Notes: generated from the sequence alone by a model not told the origin. DNA of 64,000 nucleotides from Kondoa subrosea (GCA_039545335.1 BCIN01000001.1:558001-622000); one strand, 5' to 3'; positions 51,140-64,000 are shown, counted from the stretch's first letter. Made by a program: numbers and translations.

Positions 51140-53073
51140 TCAGCTCAATTCGACTAAATTATCACCTTTCGACGAAGCTTAGAAGACATATTAGTAAGCG
51201 GCTTGTTTCCAAACAGCAGGTGCTTATACTTACCTCCTTCGCTGACTTCTGTCTTTGCTCCGATATTGCACTTCGTGAGAACAGCATTTGCGCCTATTCT
51301 CGCATTCGGTCCAACGATACAACTATCCAATTTGGCTCTGGAACCCACATATGCATCAGCCTCAACAAGCTTTGTGATCCGAGCGCACTCACCCTTCGCC
51401 AATAACCACACCATCCATGAGCACACAGCCTACAATCTTAGCACCTTCGCTGATCGTAACATTCTTGCCAACAGCGCATTTCTTGACCAGAGCTTTATCG
51501 CCCAAACTAAGTCCGGTCCCAACAATACAGTCCGCTCCTAATTGTCTTGGTCCGCCAGGATTAGTACTTGCTGGTTTCTCAGCAGCTGCTTTTGCAGCAG
51601 CCAACGGTAGAACCTGTTCAGAACGAACTCAGCTTTGACATCTTGTCCAACCATGCAACGACGAAGCGCGACGAACGACTCGGTTGATTTCAGTATACGC
51701 TTCCACTGTGTTTGCTCGAGCGCAAAACCCGTCGGACTTCCTCCATACTCTTACACCACACCTCACATCGCTCAACCATCTTCGATCACCATGAGCTGTT
51801 CTTAAGTTCGCGCTGCTTTCCCATAGTGAAGCTGAAGTAGATAGCGATCTCAGCGGAGGACGAGAAGAAGTAGGTTGTTGAGACGGTAAGATAGTACTTG
51901 ATGCAGAAGGTTTTGGAATAGTTGTGGAAGAGTGTGCGAAAGCCAGAGATTGAGGATTCGGTTTAGCATGCGTTTTGCTGTCTGTGACCAAATCAATTAG
52001 CATCAGTCTCAAAGAACTGCTGACATGGTTGGTCACCTGTTGTAGCTGATGCTAGAAGACCTTCCTGCCATTGTGTCTTACATACGAAAGGTACAACGTC
52101 CTCTTTGAAGCTCTTCAGTGCAGGTATTGCATTCAGTAACGTGAGGACTCGTTTTGAGCAGACGTAGACATGAGCTGGTAAGAGATTTATTGCTAGAAGG
52201 GTTTTCGAATACCTAGAAGGAAGTTCAAGCTCTGGTCTGACGTGCATAGGCGACTGGCTCACTTTGCTGTAAGACTAGCTCGCAATTCAATCTCATCGTC
52301 AAAGTCATCCATATCCTTTACGTCCAACAGAAGCGAGTCCACAGGATCAATAATAGTCAGAATAGCGGGAGGGCCTGAAAGTTATTAGTCAGAAAATGCA
52401 TGTTATAGAAGCTTAAACTCACCATCTTTCGCCTTCTCTTCATTTCCAGCGGATCTTTCGACAAACAGACTGGTCATCAAATTCTCGCCTAGACGATGCT
52501 GATCGAGTAGATGCTGCAGGCTGAGATCTGATGATTCCGCCTGTTTGACTATACATAGATCGCAAGGTAAAAGAACGAAATCCGTCTGCATACCACAATC
52601 AATTAGCATGACTCTCAGACATCTGTTTTCGAGTACAGCTGACCTTGATGTAGTACTTGCTTGCAGCCCAACGTAAAACTTCAGCCGTTTCCCAGCGTTC
52701 TTCATCATCAAAGCATTCCAAATCCACGCGCATTTCAGAAGAATGTTGTCTTCTGCTACGTAAGAAAGAAGATATATCGCCTTGCTGAGATTCCGGAGCC
52801 AACAAGAGCACGTCTGAGCATGAAATTGCATCGAGTCAATATTTCGACCATTTTGCATGAGAGAGATCAAGGCAGCAAACCTAAGAGACCAGCTTGTTCT
52901 ATCCATTTCAGTACTCCTTCCACTAGAGGTTTGTTGGCTACAGGCAGCAATGCTTTGGCCAATCCGTTCACTCCTTGTGCAGCAGTCAAAGGATATAAAT
53001 CTTCTCCATGTCCACAGAGTATGACAGCTTGGAATTCTGGCAGACGAGAGGTAGAAGCATGGGCATCGAACAT
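51140..53073 (-). CDS. GCD1: Translation initiation factor eIF2B gamma subunit
   Basis: EFQAVILCGHGEDLYPL...KALLPVANKPLV; DFVLLPCDL; AHVYVC; ARANTVEAYTEINR; C-terminal hexapeptide (LbH) repeats. Confidence 0.88.
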
Positions 53074-53275
53074 AGCATCAGAAGTCACTCGACCGCTGTT
53101 TTGTGTCAAACCGATCACTCTGTCAATTGCGAGATGTACATCAATGTCGCGTCGGATGATAGAAGGCAGACGTCTGATCGAGTAGACACTTAAACCCAAA
53201 TATTCAATGGATCACAACTTAGATAATTCCCAATTGTTTTGTTTGAAAAGCCGCTTGATGAACCCTGTTGACAAT

Positions 53276-55608
53276 TTACTTGGACGCTTCCTTTTCAGCC
53301 TTAACATCTTCTTCCCTAATGTTCCATCCCTTTGATCTTTCAACAGCTCTGTTCCATCCTTTGTACATCTTTTCTCTCTTTTCGGCATCGATATGGGATT
53401 TGAAGACAGTTTTGCCTTGAACATTGACGTTCTCGAGCGATTTAGGGTTGCTGAGATCCCAGCCAAAGAGTTTGAGAGCATGACCTGCCATCAAAGCGGA
53501 TCCGAATGCGGTCGATTCACGCATGACCGGTCTTTCGACTTCAATACCAAGAATATCGGCTTGAATTTGCATAGCGGGGTCTGTGGTTGCGGTGAATTAG
53601 TCATTAAAGTTCTAGCATACAAAGTAGAAGAAACGAACCTGAGTTGGTCATACCACCGTCTACACGCAGAATAGCAAGCTTGGCTCCGGAATCGGCTTGC
53701 ATAGAGTCAAGAATGGCCTTGGTTTGGAAGCAAGTGGCTTCAAGAGTAGCACGGGCGATGTCTTTAAATCGTTATCAGCTTCCTGAACAATGAGACGGAA
53801 CAATCGACAAACGGTGCTTGGTTGTGTAACCGGTGATACCGATCAGCATACCAGTAGCTGTGTCATCCCAGCTGCATTACATGTCAGAGCTATGTTCATT
53901 GAAATTCAATACTGCTCACTATGGTGCGAAAAGACCAGAGAAACCCTGTACACGGAAGTCAGCAACGGTCACATATTGATGACAAAATGAACATACAGTA
54001 ACGAAGTAGACTCCTCCGGTGTCATCAACTTGAACAGCGAACTTGCCAATTTGGTCAGCTTCGTCAATCAAGTTGAGGTTATCTCTTGTCCATTTAATGG
54101 AAGAACCAGCGACGGCGATACTGCCTTCAAGAGCGTATTGAGGTTCAGCATCTTTGCCTGCTTTGTATGCGACCTAGAGGAGTATTAGTCCAGGCTGATT
54201 CAATCAACAGGGATTACACGCACAGTGGTGAGAAGACCGTGGTTGGAAGGAACGACTTCTTTGCCGGTGTGGTACAACATAAAGCAGCCGGTTCCTGTAC
54301 GCAGGAAAACCTATGAATCAGCACATAGCCGAGGCGAAAACATTTCTGCATACCGTAAGTGTTCTTAGCTTCTCCAGCACCCAAACATTTCTGACCAGCC
54401 AAAGCACCTTGCTGATCACCAATAAGACCAGCGATAGGTACACCCTGAAGAGCGCCAGTGGCCATTTTGCCATATACTTCAGCGTTGGACACGATTTCAG
54501 CCAAGCAATCTTTCTTGACGCCAAAGAATTCGAGAAGTTCATCATCCCAGGAAAGAGTTTTGAGGTTCATGAACATGGTTCGAGAAGCGTTGGTTACGTC
54601 AGTAAGGAAGAGACCTCCGTTCATGCCACCAGTCAAGCTCTGCGAGACAAATTAGATGAAAGACTAGTGAATGAAAAGGTTGATGTGGCTTACCCATAGA
54701 ATCCAAGTATCAACAGTTCCGAACATGAGGTCGCCGGAATCATGAGCTTCCTTGACAGCGTCAACGTTGTCCAGCATCCACTGTAAGACAAGTGCCACAA
54801 CATAAGTACACATTGTACAAATGCTGCATGCTCGATCTTACCTTGAGCTTCACACCAGCGAAGTAAGTCGAAATAGGTAGACCAGTCTTCTCCTTGATGG
54901 CATCTACTCCTTTGTCTGACTTAGCAGCTAATTGTCTGACGGTACCAGTGTTTCTTGTGTCTGGCCAAACAATAGCGTTGTAAAGAGGTTTGCCAGTTTT
55001 CCTTGACCAAACGCAAGCGGTTTCACGTTGGTTTGTAATACCTATCGGTCGGTCACCCTCATCATCAACAATGACATCTCTAAGCGTGTATGTATGAGAA
55101 AGACTTACCAACACCCTTGATTTCGGATTTCTTGATACCTTGCTTTTCCAAGTCAGCAACACCTTGCTCTACACATTTGTTGATGGCATCCATAATATCC
55201 TGAGGTCTCTCTTCCATGTGACCTGGTTGAGGGAAGATTTGCTCAAACTCGAGTTGAGCGGTGACAATGACTTTGGCTGTCTGTGCAGTACGTAAACAAA
55301 GAGCAACATCAGCGGAATGTACAAAGATGTGTGAAGCTACGCACAGCATCAAAGACAATGAATCTGAAGAACCGGGGTAAAGTTTAGCAGATGAACTCCA
55401 AGTGCACTTGGAAGTTTACAACACACCTGGCAGAGGTGGTTCCGCAATCGACTGAGGGCAGAGCGAATCATGTATAAGAACACATAGAGCTACAGTGGAG
55501 CATAGAAAGAACAAACTGGAGCTGTGTTGTAGAAATGCAAGCCTCGCATAAGCATGACTGGACAGGTGGGCGGAACAGCTCAAACACGTACGCTACGTAT
55601 CCAGACAT
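53276..55608 (-). CDS. GUT1: Glycerol kinase
   Basis: [92 protein letters not shown]. Confidence 0.96.
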
Positions 55609-55798
55609 GTTGTATAGAGGTGTAGGAGGAGTAAGAGACTAGTAGCGAAGAAGTAAAAGCAAGTGGACGCTCGAGAGAAACCAAGCAAGGCTGCTGCCTG
55701 AATATTGCGGGTCAACTTTCTGGACCGCGCGGTCACGCGGTGACTGAGTCCGATTGTTTGGCAGACTCAACTCTCACACTTCTCCTTGAGACTGCTAA

Positions 55799-57589
55799 TT
55801 AAGGAAGTTCTCGTTCACAGATTCTTTCCCACAGTGATTCCCTCCAGTTCATCTGCTCCACAACATCAAAGATCTCTTCTTCCGTTGCACCAATTTGAGT
55901 ATACACTTCATCTGGCCAAACCTCGTGTCCTTCTTCTTTCCTTTTATCCCTCGCTACCACTGCTTTAGCTCCTCGATCCGTTCCATTGAAAACAGCTTTC
56001 AATTCCTCTTGTTCTGGATTAAACAACCTCGCTTCAATCGTTTGCAGTACAGCTAAACCAACTCGAAAGAGGAAAGATTCTCCTTCCAATACTAAGACGT
56101 CGAAAATTCGAGTAGCACAATCTATAGGTAAATGATAGGCGTAGACGGTTTTGAGCCATGGATGTAAATAGAGAGAAGGTCGAATATCGTGGGCAATGAA
56201 ATTGTGGTAGACCTTTCAGATGTTCTTAAGTTCGTGTGCGCGACGCAATACAGGATAGAAAGCTCACTTTTGGCATATGGTCTGCTAAGAGTGTACCAAA
56301 GATTCGATCATATGCGTCTATCTGTCCCGCAGAAGAATATAATTCAGCTAGCTGGTCCGATAAGAGAGTCCTGCACTCACGTAGTCTTGTGTCCCATCGT
56401 AAAAGTATTTCAGAAAGGTATTGCTTATTAAGTTGACCAGCGCAATGAAAGTGTCTTGAATAGGCATTGATATGAGAAGCATTGCAGCGACAAAGGATAT
56501 CCCATGGCTCTGTATGTGCGATCAACCTTCAAGGTACATTTACCATAGAGATGCATCGAGAACATACGTATCTTGGTTTCTCTTTCCAGAAAACAGAATA
56601 AGCCAAACACAGATTCCTCAAATCCTCCCTCATCGGACCATCCTTTTGAAAGAGCTTCAGTTGCGGAAGCGTCCTTTCCAAATCCTCCTCCAATCTTTCG
56701 AGATCTTCTTGAGGATAACGATCTGATTTAAGTAAAGAATTGGCCAAAGCTAAACTCTTTACATAACTTGATTTCCCAACCATGAGTTGATTACCAATAC
56801 AAGCAGACCATAAATTACTTCTATATCTAGCAGGCATACTTCCAGCGAACCAAATTTTCTTTAAAATTGGATTGGTTTTGACTACTTTCCAATTTGGACA
56901 AATTTCTTTTTCCCAAGTTGGATAATGACTTGCTAATAATAAATCTTTGCTGTTCCTTCTTTGATCTAATAAAGAAACTTTCTTTGCTTCCAAAGCTTTG
57001 GATTGAACCAACATGGTTGTGTATTCTTGTAAATGCTTGTTATCTTCTTCTCTAGGTTTAGGTGGAAGATCTTTCGGTCGAGTTCGTGATATTATATCTG
57101 GTAAAAGAGCAGGTGCAGCTTTCTGCAAATCCAAACCGCATAAGCCTAAGTCAGTGACTGGGAAGGAAGAGAACGACTTACTGATTTAGCTAATGATTTT
57201 GCGGAAGCTTTCGCTGAAGGAGTTTTAGGAGCAGCAGTAGGTTTCGAGAAAGAACCATTGGAGTCATTAGCTGATACTTGAGCTGGACCAACATGCGAGG
57301 TTGATTCCACAGATTTGCCCTTGCCTTTATTCAGACCATTTGACACAACAGCAGTAGAAGCATAAGAAGAGGAAGAAGAAGAAGACGGATGAAGAGAGCG
57401 TTCAGGAGATAATGAAATGGATTCGAAAGATTCTTGGACTTGGGTTGGCGTGGAAACCTCCTCTGACACTTGCATCCGCCTGGAGGTAGAAGCCTGAGAA
57501 TCATTCGATATACTTGACTCTGATTCTCGCGCTGCAGGTGCAGGCCTGCTTAACACAGGCGGAGCCCAAGGATTCTCGAATTCGCTCAT
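55799..57589 (-). CDS. TBC-domain Rab GTPase-activating protein (TBC1D12/14-like)
   Basis: TRPKDLPPKPREEDNKH, RSNLWSACIGNQL, DLERTLPQLKLFQ..GP, YSHGISFVAAMLL, RIFDVLVLEGESFLFRVGLA. Confidence 0.87.
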
Positions 57590-57680
57590 TGTTGTTGAAG
57601 AACAACGGCGTGCTCTTAATATCGCGACTCTGTGTATCCAGCTATAGCCACATTCATATCACTAGAATCAGTACACACGG
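57590..57680. promoter_or_regulatory. Probable bidirectional promoter (TBC gene / WBP11)
   Basis: Only 91 bp between divergent ATGs. Confidence 0.55.
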
Positions 57681-59228
57681 ATGGCAAAGAAGAGCGCGAA
57701 CCCAGCTGATGCACATCGAAAAGCTCTGAAAGCCAAAGAAAAGAAACGCAACAAAGAGCAGCGCAATACAGCCAAGACAGCGACCAATGCAAAGAAGTCT
57801 ACCGGTGGTCTCGAAGGTGAAGTCAGAGTTCTGACAGATCAAGGCAAGCTGTTATCATTCTATGGATCTAGCTGTGCATCTGGATCTGATCGCTGTACAT
57901 GATGTCTTTGCATATATAGAAGCTGCAGGGACTATCTCAGCAAAAGACAAGTCGCGGCTTGAAGGTTTAAGGGAAGAACTCGAAGCTATACGGAAAGCCA
58001 AACGAGAATATGCTGCAGCTCACCCTCAACCGGAGTCATCCTCTAAGCCTGCTGGTGAGATTGTTGATATTGGAGGAAGCAAGAAGAAGAACAAGAATCC
58101 TAAAAGAAGTGTCTACTATGTGAGTTCAGTAACTTGTTGGCTATAAGACCTGTATTGATCGAACGATCAGGACCCGGTCTTCAATCCTACTGGAGCTGCA
58201 CGTGTGTATATTGCTCAATGATTTTTTTCTGCTTGCTGAGTTTGTAATTAGCTCCTGGTATGCCGTATCGCGAACGATGTAAGCAATGTCTCTGCATGAT
58301 TTTGCTTCCTTAGCTGAATCTTTGCGTAGCGCCGTCACCCGAAGATAAAGGCAAAGGACCTGCAGATGAACTAGAGGAAGGGGATTCAGATGATTCGGAA
58401 GACGACGATGATGACATTGTGATGCCTGAAGGACCTAAACCAGAAACAGACGAGTCAGAAGTAGATGAAGATCTGAAAGATATCGTGATGCCTTCTGGTC
58501 CTCCTCCGCCAAGAGCAGGTCAGTAGGGAATTCGCGATGTTTAGCTTTTGACTAATTTCGAAGTTTTCTGTTTGACAGGACAACCATTGATAGCCAGACC
58601 TGCGAGATCTTTACCTCCGCCTCCACCACCTCCTATATCTTATCATATGCCATATCCGCCAGGTTCAGCAGCTTTCCCTCGACCTCCAATACCTTATCAG
58701 GCGTCTTCTTCCTCTCATGTTCCACCTCCTCCAGGTCCACCGCCGGGCTTTCCTTCCTACCCCTATTCTGTACATCCTCCTCCTTGTCAACCATATGCCC
58801 AATTCCCACCTGCTCAAACGTACTCTGCACCTCATCAACAATATTCAGCTCAACCTCAATTTTATTCAAGTCAACCTACTACTTCTTTCCCTTCTCCTTC
58901 CATTACAAGTACGACTCCGGCTCAACCAGTCCAAAAAACTTTCTCTGCAGCTCCTCAAATTCGAGATCTGAAATCTGAAGCAACAGCTTTCGTACCCAAC
59001 GCTTTGAAACGTAAACGGAACACTGCAGCAACTACGACAACGGCGAGTAAAGCGAATTTGAATACTATTGATGCTACTGCTGGTTTGAGAAACAGTGGAG
59101 AAGCAGGAGAAGGGGAAGATGAAGAAGAAGAGGAGAAGAGAGTTGGGTTATTGAGTAAATTTCCGAAAAGGGATTTAGCGAAAGAAGAGTATGAGCGCTT
59201 CCAAGCTGGAGTCAAGGATTTGCTGTAA
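57681..59228 (+). CDS. WBP11: WW domain-binding protein 11 family splicing factor
   Basis: NPADAHRKALKAKEKKRNK; NPKRSVYYDPVFNPTGAAPPGMPY; Pro-rich middle; SAAPQIRDLKSEATAFVP; first intron is GC-AG (57844-57919). Confidence 0.85.
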
Positions 59229-59310
59229 AAGTCAATCTCGTACTGTTCACTCTTTGCATCTGTCTATGGCTAACTTTGGTACAATGGAACAAGGCGAATT
59301 GCTATGTTCG

Positions 59311-59909
59311 CTACTGTTTTCTAGCTCCATCATAGCATGCCTTTCCAGTGAACTCATTGCGCAACATTGCAGCATTTGATTCTGCTCTAGAGATTAGAGG
59401 CTCTTCTTCGGCTTGAGCTAATTCCTGCTGGATGACAGCGGCGTCATATTTGATAAATTCGAAAGACCAGGGAAAAATGCTGGTTGCAGAAGAAGATGCC
59501 GCTGTATCGTGAGCCGCGTCGTACTTGCTATAGAAGCTGAAGTCGACTTCGATACGAGGATGAGTAATTGGAGGAGTAACAGAGATGAGTATGAAGCAAT
59601 CTTCAATGCTACGGAAGTAGTCCAGCTCAAGACGGAACAAAGAGGATAAGAAAGAGCTCACCTGATCTCGACAGCGCTCAGAGGGATCAATCCATCGCCG
59701 AATAATGCGTCTCGAACGGCTAATACTTTGACTGACTCTAATAGAGGTTGAGAGGGATGTCCAGCGAGCCGCACAGTGTATTTGGCAGCTTCTGAGAACA
59801 TGGCGCGACAGTGCAGACGGAGATGCGTGGCATTTTCAGCCGAAGCGTAGTTGCCATCTTCAGTAGCCCGCCAAACCGAGGTTATAGGAGATGGGATACA
59901 GAAGTCCAT
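59311..59909 (-). CDS. Hypothetical protein (2 exons)
   Basis: Two adjacent ORFs with a GTGAGC donor at ~59662; no family recognised. Confidence 0.4.
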
Positions 59910-60049
59910 AGCTTAAAACGTCTAGGAGAAGAAGAGTAGAAGAATTGAGAAGCACGAAAAGATGAGCGATAAAACAAAGGGAAGAGTTGTAAGCATTCGT
60001 ATAGCAAAAAAGTGACAAAAGCCAAACACAACATGAAAATACTTTTACA

Positions 60050-62604
60050 TTAGCTTGATTTAGCTAGCATCTTCGTCCAATCGTATTTGTCGTACATCTT
60101 TCTGAAAGCATCGACTCGAGATTTATCGAAGTTTGCCTCGAGTCGTTTGGGTTTACGCCATGCTCTTGGTTCCAAATCCAGCATGCTTCCTATCGTTTCA
60201 GCCGCGAAGAATCTACAATACTAGAGTCAGACTGATTAGAAGCCTTAGCAGAAGAATCGCACCTCTCGAATTTCCCTCCGCCTTTCTCTGCTTCATCGAC
60301 ATCAAAGCCGTCAGCTCCGCCTTGAACACCATCGTGACCTTCAATGACGTGACCGTAGCCTTTCTCGCCTACCAAAGCAGGTCAGAGTTTGCCTTACTGC
60401 TGTTTAATCACGCTCACCTCGATAATCGAACTGAACCATGAAGTATGGCAAATCAGGGACCATACTCCGTCTGAATCCACCAGGCCTTTTACTGAAGTCG
60501 ATCAGCCGCTTATTGGTGGACCATTCGGATTCAGCAGCCATGATGCCTTCTTTAAAATAGCCTGGAGCATCTTCATAATCGTTCCATGCCAAAGGAACTG
60601 CTTCTATAACGGTATGTTTCTGCTGCCGCAGATTGATGACTGTTTCGTAGAAGACGACACCCTTATCCTGTTCGGCAAACATTTGCATAAGAGTTTTCAT
60701 GAAATTCTGCAATCGATAATTAGCATAAGTGAATGAAAATGGTGTAAAGCTTACCTTTATTTCCTCCCATGTGTCATCATCGCCCTCCAGACTCGACAGC
60801 TGATGCTGCAGCGGTACAATAAGGCAATGCCCATCGACCAGACCTTCAAATCGTCCTAGGGCAAGATATGCTCTTGTACCTAGAGCGATCATCGGGACCT
60901 GTGGTGGGACAGTCATTTCGTCTGTATCTTGATAGCAAAACATGCAGCTATCCAGCACTTTCTTTGTTTTGGCATAATCTGCCAGTCAATTGAAGTCAGG
61001 AAGCTGGCTAAAAGAGCACCTCAGATTCTCGACCAACCTTGAATAGCAAAGAGCTTCTTTTGATCATTTGTTCTCAGCTTCTTTCTCGCCATCCGTTCTG
61101 CTTCCTCGTCCAAGAAGTCCAAATCGTCTTTATAAGCCGCATTCCCTGCAATCCTCGCAGCAAATTCCGCATCCATCTCTTTCTGATCTCTTGGTCCACC
61201 TCCGAACTTTTCATGCCGGACCAAATCATCCAAAGTAGTTGTATCGTCATCTGCATTGTACCGCAGAACTTCTCCTTTTTCATCCCGAGATTCGAAATGC
61301 GGGTCTTTTCTCTTCCTCTTCTGATTCTTAGAGAGTGAAGGATCATCCTTTTCTGATCCACCTAAATCGTACAATCGACCTCTTCCATCTAAAGTAGGGA
61401 GCACTCGAACTTCCGTTCCGGTTGAAGTCTGTTGAGTTGGTCCTGCTTCCCTATGTCGAGCAAGTTCTTTCTCATACTTGTCTTCCAGAGCACGAGTATC
61501 TGATGAATCAGGGTCCATCAATTTGGCTTTCAGGACTTTGGCTTGTAATTTGTTCAATTGATCTTGTGAGAGTACTACAGCTGAGGATTGATCTTCAGAA
61601 GAAGGACGACCTGGTTTGCTGTTCATCCTGATTGGAGGAGTCAAGACTGATGGAATTGGAGTACCAGATTTAGGTGTAGCGAATCTAGAACCAGGAGAAT
61701 CGTTTGATAGATCAGCAGCAGAAATACCAGGTTTCCTGAAAGAGTTGTTCCTAGAAGGAGGTCGAGAGAGTTCAGCTTCTGAATTGTTTTGCGTGAAGAT
61801 GAATTTCGATGCTGAAGGAGTTGGAACAGGTGAATCGTTTCGACGTATTTCTCTACCAAATTCATCTACTGTAGGTTTATTCCTATCATCGAGAATCTGC
61901 TTCTCTTCTTGCGCTTCGCGGAAAGCTTCCATAGATCCATATCGCTCCAAACCAACTTCATCTACAGAACGACCTTCTTCTTCTGCTGTTTCATACACTC
62001 GACGCAGTTTGGCCATACGCCAAGTGGAACCGGAAGAACCAGCTTTAGGTTTAGGTGGTGCAGCAGTAGAAGGAGGACGATTGCCTGAAGCGGTATGCTC
62101 GACTTTATTCCCCTCTTTATCATAGATGGCTGTATTGAGTTCATAGCGAGACATCTTGACTTTATCAGGATCAGGAATAGTCTTGCTAGTATCTTTACGG
62201 ATCTTTGCATTGCCTAGACTGCCAAAGAAATCTTGCCCGTAACCATCTGTAGCATCCACTGCTTGTTCTAAACGTAGCGTAGGATCTGCTCCACGTCCAG
62301 CTCTCGGATCAAAGGTAGATACCGTGTCTTCGGAGACTGCTTTCTTTTCGTTTACCTTCGAGCCCATGCCTAGCCAATCTTCCCTCTTGAGCGCCGAGGG
62401 AGCAGAAGTGATGCTCAGAGATTGAGATGTGGGTATACTTTGCACGCTACTGGACGGCCCAGCATCTTTTTCAGCCCATTCATACTCGTCTTCGCCTGCA
62501 AGTTGGTCATCAATGACCCTCGAATGTTTGCTGGAGCTGCTGGATCTAGATGACTTGTGCTTCTTCTCGCTCTTGCGGCCTTCTTTATCCTTGTGTTTGC
62601 CCAT
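60050..62604 (-). CDS. CWF19: Pre-mRNA splicing factor Cwf19 / CWF19L2 (CwfJ C-terminal domains)
   Basis: GSTWRMAKLRR, ERYGS, QLNKLQAKVLKAKL, CMFC...GHCLIVPLQH...WEEIKNFMKTL...VFYETV...EWSTNK...LPYFMV. Confidence 0.9.
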
Positions 62605-63067
62605 CGGATCGTGGGTGTGAACAGATGTAAATCAACATCAATGACAATGACACTTCTGAGTGTTTAGACAGCCACAAAGAGTCTCTACGAGTATAAGTCG
62701 CTATTACTGCTGTCTATGTACAGTTCTTTAGCCCGGAGACAAACAATAGACAGTTGTGTTCGTCCGCACTTGATCTACGCGAAAGACATGAGCGGTCCAC
62801 TGGGGATAATTGAGTCGCTACTGGAGAACTTTGCGACCTATAGCAGGTAGCTAGACATACTGAGTTGATTTTGATTAGCAGTCCTACGGATTTCAGGCAT
62901 GTTTTGCGTCGCGCAAGAGAAACGAAGACCGCATTGTCAGAACGATGCAAGATATGCAATTGAAGCTGAGGTAATATCTATGCAGGTGATCAAGCAAATG
63001 CTACAGAATTCTCTATAGATGGTTCAGCTATGAGTGACATTGCGTATGAGAAAGCACTAACATATTT

Positions 63068-63115
63068 CTAAGACAGATCAAAGCCTGATCCCTAAGACAG
63101 ATCAAAGCCTGATCC
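63068..63115. repeat. Perfect 24-bp tandem duplication spanning the HECT gene's last codons and stop
   Basis: ctaagacagatcaaagcctgatcc x2 (63068-63091, 63092-63115). Confidence 0.95.
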
Positions 63116-64000
63116 CGCATTGATAGCTAAGAGCAGCTTGTCTTTCAACAGCTTTCTATCTTGATAGCGTGGAAGTTTCAACAGGTTGACACAAGTGGAA
63201 GCAGTCGGTAGTCTTGACTGATCCGGACCACCATCTCGTATTGCGAAATGCGGATTGAGCTCTTTAAAGCCGAGTAGAGCTGTTCAATTCAAAGTGATTA
63301 GCGATGTAAACAATAAAGGAGCTGCGACTCACGAGCTTTATCAGCTGAAGTAACAAAGCGCACGAACGCTCTTCTCTGCTCGGGCGTGAACTCTTGCAGT
63401 ACTTGCCAAAAGATGTTGACGGTAACGCTTGACTCTTCGATTCCGCCATAAACAGCATTGACTCGCAGATCGTCGACATCAATGGGTTTCTCCGTGCCTC
63501 CGACCAATACACGAAGTTCCGTTTGCGAGAATAATCGCAACCATCGTGGATTGATGACATCCTGCAGACCGGACACGAATGCCGCGCACTGCTTCTGCAA
63601 TTGAGTGTTCAAGCGATAATGACTGATCAAGGTGATATAGCGAAAACGATTTGCGTTGGTAACTGCTGTATCTCTTCCGTTTGGTACCAGATCGACCGTT
63701 CGAGAAACGCCCATATCTGGGATACTGATCAGCGAAAATTACCTTACAAACGCATGGGAATTACCATCTTCGTCAACCGCGAATGTCAGGGACAGATCCG
63801 ATACATCTCCAGTATAGTTCTTCAGATAAACCAAGCCATGATAGAGATCGGGATCTAGCGATTGTAGATCATCGACTATATGCCCTGTCAGACAGTGCCC
63901 TCAAGCGCATATCAGTCCGACTTACGGAAGCTAGTCTTGCCGAGCCACTTGGAGAGGAAGAAAGGTGCAAAGGGAACTGATACTAGAATGCCTTCATACA
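63092..64000 (-). CDS. HECT E3 ubiquitin ligase, C-terminal part (Hul5/UBE3C-like; continues beyond the window)
   Basis: FSQTELRVLVGG, FVRFVTS..KAPLLGFKELNPHFAIR, RLPTASTCVNLLKLPRY, AGSGFDLS*. Confidence 0.93.

Noticed and set aside
61039..62210. Long antisense and alternative-frame ORFs over CWF19 (similarly over DEF1 and the 9.9-11.9 kb gene)
   Set aside because: Shadow ORFs caused by biased codon composition
1..64000. tRNA, rRNA, CRISPR arrays, transposons, alternative genetic code
   Set aside because: No such structures recognised by eye; conserved genes translate normally and use TAA, TAG and TGA as stops. Small ncRNAs cannot be excluded without covariance-model searches.

Overview
Gene-dense, intron-rich eukaryotic DNA from a fungus. 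Short (~50-60 nt) introns with CTRAY-like branch points, micro-exons and the gene content point to a basidiomycete; the lineage is inferred. I reconstructed about 33 gene models by hand-splicing. Conserved genes: FYV10, YSA1, PCD1, CSM1, a hybrid histidine kinase, uL4m, DEF1, PLP1, NAPE-PLD, UPF0047, uL29m, an MFS transporter, an OGFr-like gene, a RING/TRAF gene, GCD1, GUT1, a TBC RabGAP, WBP11, CWF19 and a HECT E3. Accessory genes: an MRJP/yellow protein, two secreted proteins, a tandem pair of multi-pass membrane paralogs and two decaying pseudogenes. No tRNA, rRNA, CRISPR array or transposon was recognised. Strongest oddities: (1) an AT-AC intron with U2-type signals in the UPF0047 gene; (2) a transmembrane-anchored, non-prenylated Rab-like GTPase with a degenerate G3 motif; (3) a secreted cationic ricin-B-like protein with killer-toxin-style Kex2 sites; (4) possible splice-controlled PTS1 signals on glycerol kinase and PCD1; (5) a transporter-like/DUF3431 fusion. 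Exon boundaries and family calls come from manual reading, not from database searches.
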